Shown here: positions 22,102-29,865 of the stretch, piece by piece
Numbering within the stretch: the stretch's first letter is position 1
Layout of the letters: every line of letters starts with the position of its first letter
DNA from: Burkholderiales bacterium
Lineage (GTDB): Bacteria; Pseudomonadota; Gammaproteobacteria; Burkholderiales; SG8-39
Reading direction: 5' to 3'
Assembly (NCBI GenBank): GCA_050741015.1
Contig: JBOIFE010000024.1
Span: 1 to 53,607, forward strand
Length of the DNA stretch: 53,607 nucleotides
Program-made: the position numbers and the translations under genes
Notes under the pieces: generated by a model
What the model was told of the DNA's origin: nothing
Seen by the model: the letters and a program-made list of their open reading frames with translations, nothing else
The model's database searches: none

Positions 22102-23280
22102 ATGACGAACGACAAGCGCACGCTCTCAATCTGCAGCGCCGCCCACACGCTGCACGACGGCCTCGCCGACGCGACCTACGTGCTGCTGCCGCTGCTCGCC
22201 AATGCTTTCGGCCTTACGCTCGCGCAGGTCGGCATGATCCGAGGCGCCCATCGCGCGGCGATGGCCGCGTTCCAGATCCCCGCGGGCATCGTTGCCGAGC
22301 GCACGAGCGAGCGCGGCCTTCTCGCCATCGGGACCTTTCTCGCGGGCGCGGCCTACGTCGCGCTCGGATTCGCGCAGGGCTTCTGGGCCATCCTCGCCGT
22401 GCTCTTTCTCGCGGGCACGGGCTCTTCGGTTCAGCATCCGCTTTCCTCCGCGCTGATCTCGCGCGCCTATCCCGGCGCGGGTCGGCGCGCCGCGCTCGGC
22501 ACCTACAACTTCTTCGGCGACGTCGGAAAGTTCGCCTTCGGCGGCCTGGTGTCGCTGCTGCTCGTCGCCGGTATTTCCTGGCAGGCGCCGGTGATCGGCT
22601 ACGGCGCCGCGGCAATCGCCGTGGCGATCGCGCTGCTGGCGGGACTCGCGTCGCGACACGATCGGCATGCGAGCGCGCCGGCGTCGGGGAAGGCGCAAGC
22701 GAGCACCGGTTGGGGCATCGCCGACCGCCCGCGATTCGCCGCGCTGTGCATGATCGAGGTGCTCGACTCCAGCACGCGCACGTCGTTCCTCACCTTCGTC
22801 GCGTTCCTGCTCATCGCGAAAGGCCTGCCCGTGGGCTGGGCGGCCGCGGCGGTGCCGCTCGTCCTCGTGGGCGGGATGGCAGGCAAGCTTGCCTGCGGGA
22901 TGCTGGCCGAGCGCCTCGGCATCGCGCGGATGATCGTTGCGACCGAGATCGCCACCGCGCTTGGCATCTTCGCCGTGCTCTTGCTTCCCGCGGTTCCAGC
23001 GCTGCTGGTGCTGCCGCTGCTAGGCGTTGTACTGCAGGGGACGTCGTCGGTGCTCTACGCGACGATCGGTGAGTACGTGGAGCCCGACCGCCTGTCGCGC
23101 GGCTTTGGCCTGTTCTACACGGTGGGCTCGGTCTGCGGCATCGTGGCGCCGCTCGCCGTCGGGCTGCTCGGCGACCGCCTTGGCGTCAGCGCGGCGATCG
23201 CCGGGCTGTGCGCGACGATCCTGCTTACCCTGCCACTCGTGCCGCTGCTGCGGCCGGCGCAGGCAGTTCCGCAATCCTGA
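22102..23280 (+). CDS. MFS transporter
   Basis: 392-aa protein with about 12 TM segments and MFS-like loop motifs. Confidence 0.8.
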   Translation: MTNDKRTLSICSAAHTLHDGLADATYVLLPLLANAFGLTLAQVGMIRGAHRAAMAAFQIPAGIVAERTSERGLLAIGTFLAGAAYVALGFAQGFWAILAVLFLAGTGSSVQHPLSSALISRAYPGAGRRAALGTYNFFGDVGKFAFGGLVSLLLVAGISWQAPVIGYGAAAIAVAIALLAGLASRHDRHASAPASGKAQASTGWGIADRPRFAALCMIEVLDSSTRTSFLTFVAFLLIAKGLPVGWAAAAVPLVLVGGMAGKLACGMLAERLGIARMIVATEIATALGIFAVLLLPAVPALLVLPLLGVVLQGTSSVLYATIGEYVEPDRLSRGFGLFYTVGSVCGIVAPLAVGLLGDRLGVSAAIAGLCATILLTLPLVPLLRPAQAVPQS

Positions 23281-24598
23281 TCGCGGGCTCGGACTCCAGC
23301 CGCCACAGCCGGCCGAGCAGCTCGCGCGCCGCCGCCTCGCCGATGACCGGGGCCGCCAGCTCCCGGTATTTCGCTTCGAGCTCGGTGTCGCTGAGCGGTG
23401 CGTCCGGGTCGCCCTTGCGCGTCGGCTGAAAGTGCTCGTGGCAACGACCATCTCGCACTTCCAGCGTTACGCGCGCCGCGCGTTGCGCCGGGAAAGCCGC
23501 ATCGAGCCCGGGATCGAGCTCGACCTCCACGCGACGCATGAGCGCGCGCGTCGTCGCGTCTTCGAGCCGCGCACGGCTGAAGGCTGCCAGGCGGACGTTG
23601 CCGTGCGCGAGCGCGGTGGCGACCACGTACTTCAGCGAGAAGCGCGCATCCCGCTCGCTTGCCGGGTCTTCGACGCCCGCCACCTCCAGCGCCGCGCGGT
23701 ACGTGCCGACGCGCACGCGCGCGACGTCGCCGGCCGCGACGCCGAGCGCCGCCTGCGCAGCGAGCGCGCCGTCGATGGCGGCGAAGGCGTGGCCGCAGCA
23801 GGCGTGGTTCTTGAAGGTCATGCGCGTGATATGGAAATCCTCGCCCAGCGTGGCGAAGGCGCGCGTCCAGTCCGGGCCGTCGCTCATGGCCCGGCCCAGC
23901 CCCGCCTCGCCGTCGATCGCGTCGAGCGCCCCGGTCACTCCTTCGCGCGCCGCGTACGCCGCGGTGAGGCCGGAATCGGCCGCGCGTCCCACGTGAACGG
24001 GCTTGGACATCGAGTCGCCGCGGATCGCCTGCTGCAAGCCGGCCGCGAAAGTGGCGGCTGTCGCCAAAGCGTGCGCGGCGCGCGTGCGATCCAGGCCTAG
24101 CAGGCTCGCGGCGGCGGCGCAGGCACCGAATGCGCCGATCGTCGCAGTGTTGTGCCAGTAGCGGTAATGAGCCCGGCCCATCGCCACCGCGATGCGTGTC
24201 GAAACCTCATAACCAGCGACGACGGCGCGCAGCAGAGCCTCGCCGCCTGCGTGGACGTCCTGTGCGGCGGCGAGCGCCGCCGAGAGGGTCGGTGCGCCCG
24301 GATGGTAAATGCCGTCGCGGAAGATGTCGTCGACTTCGACCGTGTGCGCCGCGCAGGCATTGATGAGCGCAGCGGCGCGTGGCGACGCGGCGCGCCCAAG
24401 CGCGAGTCGCGCGCGACCGCGGCCGAGCTCGCCCTCGAGCGCGCGTTCGAGCAGCGTGGCCGGCGGCACTCCCGCGCCCGGAAGGAGCGCCGCCGTCCAG
24501 TCGATGAAGGCGCGCTTCGCGTGGTGCAGCACCTCGGGTGGCAGCGGCACGGCGCGCGAGCGCTCGATGTATTCGCCGCAGCGCTCGGCGGCGTGCAT
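23225..24598 (-). CDS. MmgE/PrpD family protein
   Basis: 457 aa. The N-terminal region AKRAFIDWTAALLPG and overall similarity fit the 2-methylcitrate dehydratase-like family. Substrate not assignable. Confidence 0.8.
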   Translation of the reverse strand: MHAAERCGEYIERSRAVPLPPEVLHHAKRAFIDWTAALLPGAGVPPATLLERALEGELGRGRARLALGRAASPRAAALINACAAHTVEVDDIFRDGIYHPGAPTLSAALAAAQDVHAGGEALLRAVVAGYEVSTRIAVAMGRAHYRYWHNTATIGAFGACAAAASLLGLDRTRAAHALATAATFAAGLQQAIRGDSMSKPVHVGRAADSGLTAAYAAREGVTGALDAIDGEAGLGRAMSDGPDWTRAFATLGEDFHITRMTFKNHACCGHAFAAIDGALAAQAALGVAAGDVARVRVGTYRAALEVAGVEDPASERDARFSLKYVVATALAHGNVRLAAFSRARLEDATTRALMRRVEVELDPGLDAAFPAQRAARVTLEVRDGRCHEHFQPTRKGDPDAPLSDTELEAKYRELAAPVIGEAAARELLGRLWRLESEPAIRIAELPAPAAAAARVAG

Positions 24599-25453
24599 CT
24601 AGCGGCCCCCGCGGATCTCGTCGAGGACCGGGCGCAGGTACTGCAGGAACAGCGCCGGGTTCTCACTCATCGGGAAATGCCCGAGCCGGGGCATCACCGA
24701 GAATTTCGCGCCGGGAATGCGCGCGGCGGCCGCCTGCGTGTCCTGCGGTGAGACCGAATAGTCGTATTCGCCGGTCAGCAGGTAGAGCGGGCACACGCGC
24801 GTGTCGATTTCGCCCAGCCGGTCGCGGATGTCGCCGTCGGCGCCGCGGTAGAAGTACAGGTCGCCCTTGAACACGCCGGGGCCGCCTTGCATGTAGTGCC
24901 AGAGCGTCTCCCAGCGATCGGCGGGCGGCGAGGTCGGCGCCATGAGCCCGCTCACGTAGGCGGCGCAGGCCTCGCCGCCGTTCACCTGCGGGTGGTGAAA
25001 CCAGTCGAGCTCGTAGTAAGGCTCGATCGTTGCGCCCGACTGCAGGCCGATGATGGCGCGAAAGCGTCGCGCGTGCGCCATTGCGAGCACGAGCGCGATT
25101 CGTCCGCCGATCGAGCAGCCCAGGGCCACCGGCCGATCGAGCGCGAGCGCGTCGCAGACTTCCAGCACCATGCGGGTGTAGTCGGCGCTCGTCAGCCGGT
25201 AGGACTCGACCTGCCAGCCCTCGGGCGGCGAGGACTTGCCGTGCCACGGCATGTCGAAGGCGATGACGCGGAAGTGGCGCGTGACGTCGGCATCGTTCAT
25301 CAGGCCGCGATACTGCCGCGTGTCGGATCCGGCGGTATGAAGGCAAAGCAGCGGGATTCCGGCGCCGGCTTCCTCGACGTAGAGCCGGTGCGGCCGGCCC
25401 AGCAGCTCCAGTCGCAGGTAGCCCCCGGTGATCGGCTCGACGTCGGGCGTCAC
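24599..25453 (-). CDS. alpha/beta hydrolase
   Basis: HTAGSD oxyanion region, nucleophile elbow GCSIGG, and a C-terminal GHFPMSENP His loop. GTGA overlap with the upstream gene. Confidence 0.85.
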   Translation of the reverse strand: MTPDVEPITGGYLRLELLGRPHRLYVEEAGAGIPLLCLHTAGSDTRQYRGLMNDADVTRHFRVIAFDMPWHGKSSPPEGWQVESYRLTSADYTRMVLEVCDALALDRPVALGCSIGGRIALVLAMAHARRFRAIIGLQSGATIEPYYELDWFHHPQVNGGEACAAYVSGLMAPTSPPADRWETLWHYMQGGPGVFKGDLYFYRGADGDIRDRLGEIDTRVCPLYLLTGEYDYSVSPQDTQAAAARIPGAKFSVMPRLGHFPMSENPALFLQYLRPVLDEIRGGR

Positions 25454-25830
25454 GCTGCGCGCAGCAGCTCGAAGAGCCGCTTGAAGTAGAACAGGTAGGC
25501 CGAGAAGAGGCGAATGTCGCCCTCGATCTGCAGGCGTTTATATCGGCGCAGCGCGAACAGGTCATGGAAGCCCGGCGGCGGCACCCGCTCGAGGAAACGC
25601 GACCAACTCTCGCTTGCGGCGCGAAGGCGCAGGTCGGTGCGCGGCATGATCAGCGGGCCCTTCTGCACCCGTGTCACCACGCCGCGCTCGACGCGAACAA
25701 GCCAGTCCGTCTCGCCGTCGCCGACCAGGAGCGCGCAGTCCAGGTCGAGGCCGAAGCGCGCGAGCAGCGCGTCGCCCGCGGCGCGCGCCTGGAGCGTGTC
25801 AAGCGGCAGGGCCATGTGCGCGCGCACCAT
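25450..25830 (-). CDS. small hypothetical protein (possibly SCP2-like fold)
   Basis: The ORF is tightly embedded in the operon. The start is ambiguous (ATG 25830, ATG 25815 or TTG 25854), and all three overlap the upstream stop at 25799-25801. The fold assignment is only an impression. Confidence 0.45.
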   Translation of the reverse strand: MVRAHMALPLDTLQARAAGDALLARFGLDLDCALLVGDGETDWLVRVERGVVTRVQKGPLIMPRTDLRLRAASESWSRFLERVPPPGFHDLFALRRYKRLQIEGDIRLFSAYLFYFKRLFELLRAA

Positions 25831-27838
25831 CGCGCAGAACGACGAGCGAGTCAACGCCGACCACGCCGTCGGCCCGGACGATGAGTGGATTGATCTCGGC
25901 TTCGAGCACGTCGGTCCTCGCGGCGAGCTGCGAATGCGACACGACGGCGCGCGCGAGCGCCTCGAGGTCCCCGCACGGGGCGTTGCGGTAGCCGCGCAGC
26001 GCCTCGAAGCCGCGCACCTCGGCGATCATTTCGCGCGCCTCGTCGAGCGTCACCGGGGCGAGCCGCAGTGCGAAGTCGCGGTAGAGCTCCGCGAGCGTGC
26101 CGCCGGCGCCGACGAGGACGAGCGGGCCGACCTGGGGATCGAGCCGGTAGCCGAGGATCGCTTCGCCCAGGCCCGCCTGCATCGTGGAGGCGACGACGCC
26201 CTGGATTCGGGCGCGGGGGTGTGCCGCATGCACGCGCTCGAGGACGCGACGCGCGGCGGCGGCGGCTTCGGCCGCGTTGCGCAGGCCGAGCTCGACGCCA
26301 CCCGCATCGGTCTTGTGCTCGATGTCGGGAGAGTCGATCTTGATCGCGACCGGAAACGGGATCGTGATCGGTTCTTCCGGCGTGCGCAGTCGCTGCGTCG
26401 GCGCCTGCGGAATTTCAAATATCCCCGTCTCGGTCGACGCGGCGGGCCGCGGCGCGCGCCACGCCAGGAACGCGGCGAGCGCGTCGGCGCAGGCCTCGGG
26501 CGTGCGGAAAGCGGCGACGCCCTGCCGCGAGAGCAGCTCGAGCGAAGCGCGCGCCTCGGGCGCGAGGAAGACGGCGAGCGCCTTTTGCGGATGCTTGCGC
26601 GCCGCCGAAAGAATCGGCTCGACCGCGACCTGCGGCTGGAATTGCGCCGACGAGCCCACGGCGGCCAGTACGGCGTCGCAATGGTCCGACGCGAGCAGCG
26701 CCTCTAGCACCGGGCCGTATACGCTTGCTCGCGCGCCGGCCAGAGTCAGGTCGATGAGGGGCGATTCGGCCACGCGAACGCCGAACGCGCGGATCGCGTC
26801 TGCGAGCCCGGGCGGAGGCAACACGAGTTCGGCACCCAGGGCGCCCAGGGGATCGGCGACCACCGCCGCCCCGCCGCCCGTGGTCGTCATCGCCGCGACG
26901 CGCCGTCCTTTCGGCGGACGTCGACCCTTCGCCAGCGCGGCGGTCTCAAGCAAGGCTTCGAAGTTCCGCACGCGGAGGATGCCGCAGGCATGAAAGAACG
27001 CGTCGGCCGCTTGGTCGTCCCCGGCGAGTGCTCCCGTGTGCGACCGTGCGAGTGCCTCGCCCGCGCTCGAGCGCCCGAGCTTGTAGGCGACGACGGGCTT
27101 GCCGGCGGCGAAGGCGCGCCGGGCAGCCGCGGCGATCCGCCCGGCGTCGCGCAGCGTTTCCAGGAAAAGCAGGATTGCGCCCGTCTGCGGATCGTCGACG
27201 AGCAGCTCCATCAGCTCGCCGACGGAGAGGTCCGCCTCGTTGCCGACCGAGACCAGCCGCGAGAATCCCAACCCGCGCGCCGCGCCCCGCGACAGCAGCG
27301 AGCCGATCAGGCTGCCCGACTGCGAAATCACGGCGAGCGGCCCGACCGGCAGTGGCTCGATGTCGAGCGATGCGTTGACCGTCAGCACGGTGGCGGGCGA
27401 CGTGCTGACCAGCCCGATGCTGTTCGGGCCGAGCAGTCGCGCGCCCGCCGCGCGCGCGCGGCGCACCAGCTGCGCCTCGGCCTCGCGTCCGGCGTCGCCG
27501 GTTTCGCCGAAACCGTCGGTGAAGACGGTGACCAGGGGAACGCCGCGCGAAAAACATTCGTCGCAGGCCGCGGGCACGTCCTCGGCCGGCACCATGATGA
27601 AGGCCTGGTCGATCTCGCCGGGGGCGTCAGCGAGGCGCGCGTAGGCGCGCTCGCCCAGCACCTCGGCGCGCGTGCGATTGATGGGTGCGATCGTCCCGGC
27701 AAAGCCGTGCTTGCGAAGCAGGCGCTGCGGCCGCGCCGTGTTTTTCGCCGGGTCGCCGGAGGCGCCGTAGAGCGCCACGCCGCGCGGGGCAAAGAGCGCC
27801 CGGAACAGACGCCCCTCGTCGCCCGGCGGAGGAGCCAT
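25799..27838 (-). CDS. NDP-forming acyl-CoA synthetase (CoA-binding + succinyl-CoA-synthetase-like + ATP-grasp domains)
   Basis: ATG 27838 (MAPPPGDEG). Motifs FAPRGVALYGAS, GPNSIGLVS and VAIKIDSPDIEHKTDAGGV. The ORF-track 911-aa version runs through the upstream hydratase gene. Confidence 0.85.
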   Translation of the reverse strand: MAPPPGDEGRLFRALFAPRGVALYGASGDPAKNTARPQRLLRKHGFAGTIAPINRTRAEVLGERAYARLADAPGEIDQAFIMVPAEDVPAACDECFSRGVPLVTVFTDGFGETGDAGREAEAQLVRRARAAGARLLGPNSIGLVSTSPATVLTVNASLDIEPLPVGPLAVISQSGSLIGSLLSRGAARGLGFSRLVSVGNEADLSVGELMELLVDDPQTGAILLFLETLRDAGRIAAAARRAFAAGKPVVAYKLGRSSAGEALARSHTGALAGDDQAADAFFHACGILRVRNFEALLETAALAKGRRPPKGRRVAAMTTTGGGAAVVADPLGALGAELVLPPPGLADAIRAFGVRVAESPLIDLTLAGARASVYGPVLEALLASDHCDAVLAAVGSSAQFQPQVAVEPILSAARKHPQKALAVFLAPEARASLELLSRQGVAAFRTPEACADALAAFLAWRAPRPAASTETGIFEIPQAPTQRLRTPEEPITIPFPVAIKIDSPDIEHKTDAGGVELGLRNAAEAAAAARRVLERVHAAHPRARIQGVVASTMQAGLGEAILGYRLDPQVGPLVLVGAGGTLAELYRDFALRLAPVTLDEAREMIAEVRGFEALRGYRNAPCGDLEALARAVVSHSQLAARTDVLEAEINPLIVRADGVVGVDSLVVLRDGARAHGPAA

Positions 27839-27846
27839 GCGGGTCG

Positions 27847-28623
27847 CTAGCGGCCGGCGAACTGCGGCTTGCGCTTGGCGAGGAACGCGGCCACGCCCTC
27901 GCGGAAGTCCGCGGTATCGAAGCAGGCGTAGGACTCGTCGACTTCCTGCGGCGAAAGCGGTCGCGGGTCGGCGAGGCGCCGCGCAAACCTCTTGTGCCAG
28001 CGCGCGACGAGCGGCGCACCTTCCGCGATGCGCTGCGCGGTGGCGAGCGCCTCGCGCTCGAGCTCGGCATCGGGAACGACCCGGTTCACCAGGCCCTTCT
28101 CGTACGCTTCGCGCGCGCTCCAGATGCGACCTTCGAGCAGGATTTCCATCGCCACGGGTCGGCCGACCACGTCGATCAGCCCCTGCATCTCGGCATAGGC
28201 AACGACGAGTCCGAGATTCTTGATCGGCACGCCGAAACGCGCCGATTCGCTGCAGATGCGCAGGTCGCACTGGCTCGCGACCTCCAACCCGCCTCCGACG
28301 CAGGCGCCGTAGATCAGGGCGAGCGTGGGATGGCGGCACGCGGCGATCGAGTGCATCGTGCCCGCGATGTCCTCGCCGTAGCGCTTCGCCTGCGCCGAGT
28401 TGGCGCGCTCGTTGTCGAACTCGCTGATGTCGGCGCCCGCGCCGAACGCCTTCTCGCCGGCGCCGCGCAGGACGATGCAGCGCACCGAGTCGTCGGCGTC
28501 GAGCATGCGCATCGCCTCGCCGAGCGCCATCCACATGGGCTTGGAGAGCGCGTTCAGCTTCTCCGGGTTGTTGAGGATCACGGTGGCGACCGCGCCGTCG
28601 CGGCGCGTGAGGACCGAGTTCAT
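27847..28623 (-). CDS. enoyl-CoA hydratase/isomerase family protein
   Basis: Crotonase fold: VATVILNNPEKLNAL, GAGEKAFGAGADI, ACVGGGLEVA. The ATG at 28623 forms an ATGA overlap with the upstream stop. Confidence 0.92.
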   Translation of the reverse strand: MNSVLTRRDGAVATVILNNPEKLNALSKPMWMALGEAMRMLDADDSVRCIVLRGAGEKAFGAGADISEFDNERANSAQAKRYGEDIAGTMHSIAACRHPTLALIYGACVGGGLEVASQCDLRICSESARFGVPIKNLGLVVAYAEMQGLIDVVGRPVAMEILLEGRIWSAREAYEKGLVNRVVPDAELEREALATAQRIAEGAPLVARWHKRFARRLADPRPLSPQEVDESYACFDTADFREGVAAFLAKRKPQFAGR

Positions 28624-29813
28624 GCCGCGGCGCGCGCGGGTTTCGCGCGGCAATCGGCGAGGTAAGACATCGCCGCGGTTACGCCACCGCGCTTTGCCGG
28701 CACGCCGGCGAGCGTAAGGCCCATCTCCACCCCGGCGAGCGTGCCCATCAGCGCGAGGTCGTTGAAGTCGCCCAGGTGCCCGATGCGGAACACCTTGCCC
28801 GCGAGCTTGCCCAGGCCCGTGCCGAGCGACATGTCGAAGGCTTCGAGGATCGCCTTGCGCACGCGGTCGGCGTCGTGTCCCGGAGGCATCAGCACCGCTG
28901 TAAGCGCGCCCGAGTACTCGGCGGGATTGGTCGCCAGCACCTCCAGCCCCCAGGCACGTACGGCGCGGCGCGTTGCCTCGGCGTGGCGCTGGTGCCGCGC
29001 GAAGACGTTATCTAGGCCTTCCTCCTCCAACATCGCGAGTGCTTCGCGCAGGCCGTACAGCAGGTTCGTTGCCGGCGTATAGGGAAAGTAGCCGTTCCTG
29101 CCGTTGGCGAGCATTTCGTCCCAGCCCCAATAGGCGCGCGGCAGGCCGGCCGACTTCGACGCGGCGAGCGCCTTGTCGGAGATCGCGTTGAACGACAGGC
29201 CCGGCGGCAGCATCAGGCCCTTCTGCGAGCCGCCCACGGTGACGTCGACGCCCCATTCGTCGTGCCGATAGTCGATCGAGGCAAGCGAGCTGATCGTGTC
29301 GACCAGGTAGAGCGCCGGGTGCTTCGCCGCGTCGATCGCCTTTCGAACTTCTCCGATCCGCGAAGTAACGCCGGTCGAGGTCTCGTTGTGAACGACGCAC
29401 ACCGCCTTGATTCGTTGCCCGCTGTCCTCGCGCAGGCGCTTCTCGATCGCCGCCGGGTCGGCGCCCGTGCGCCAGTCGCCGGGCAGGAATTCGGGCTTCA
29501 GTCCGAGCTTGGTCGCCATCTTTTGCCAGAGCGAGGCAAATTGACCGGTCTCGTACATGAGCACCGTATCGCCCGGCGAAAGCGTGTTGACGAGCGCTGC
29601 CTCCCACGCGCCGGTGCCCGAGGCCGGATAGATGACCACGTGGCCGCGCGTCTTGAACACGCGCTTCATGCCTTCGAGAACCGCCTTGCCGAGCTCGGCG
29701 AACTCGGGACCTCGGTGGTCCATCGTCGGAAAGTCGATCGCACGCAGGACCCGGTCGGGAACGTTGGTCGGTCCGGGAATCTGCAGGAAATGCCGTCCGG
29801 CGGAACGCGGCAT
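28620..29813 (-). CDS. class V aminotransferase (serine/alanine-glyoxylate aminotransferase-like)
   Basis: ATG 29813 (MPRSAGRHFLQIPGPTNVPDRV). The PLP-lysine region GGSQKGLMLPPG is present. Confidence 0.88.
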   Translation of the reverse strand: MPRSAGRHFLQIPGPTNVPDRVLRAIDFPTMDHRGPEFAELGKAVLEGMKRVFKTRGHVVIYPASGTGAWEAALVNTLSPGDTVLMYETGQFASLWQKMATKLGLKPEFLPGDWRTGADPAAIEKRLREDSGQRIKAVCVVHNETSTGVTSRIGEVRKAIDAAKHPALYLVDTISSLASIDYRHDEWGVDVTVGGSQKGLMLPPGLSFNAISDKALAASKSAGLPRAYWGWDEMLANGRNGYFPYTPATNLLYGLREALAMLEEEGLDNVFARHQRHAEATRRAVRAWGLEVLATNPAEYSGALTAVLMPPGHDADRVRKAILEAFDMSLGTGLGKLAGKVFRIGHLGDFNDLALMGTLAGVEMGLTLAGVPAKRGGVTAAMSYLADCRAKPARAAA

Positions 29814-29865
29814 GAAACCCCCCAAAAGGTGGCGCGGAGCGCGGTGTATTCTACGCCGCAGCATC

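Noticed and set aside
25799-28534. Apparent giant fusion ORFs in the track: the 911-aa ORF 25799-28534, the 554-aa ORF 16435-18099, the 579-aa ORF 41527-43266, the 1028-aa ORF 29632-32718, the 713-aa ORF 11461-13602 and the 606-aa ORF 8592-10412.
   Set aside because: Their N-terminal parts are low-complexity read-through of the neighbouring gene in another frame. Internal starts that sit right after or overlap the upstream stop give proteins of normal family length. I used those starts (27838, 17334, 42427, 29866, 11950, 8772).
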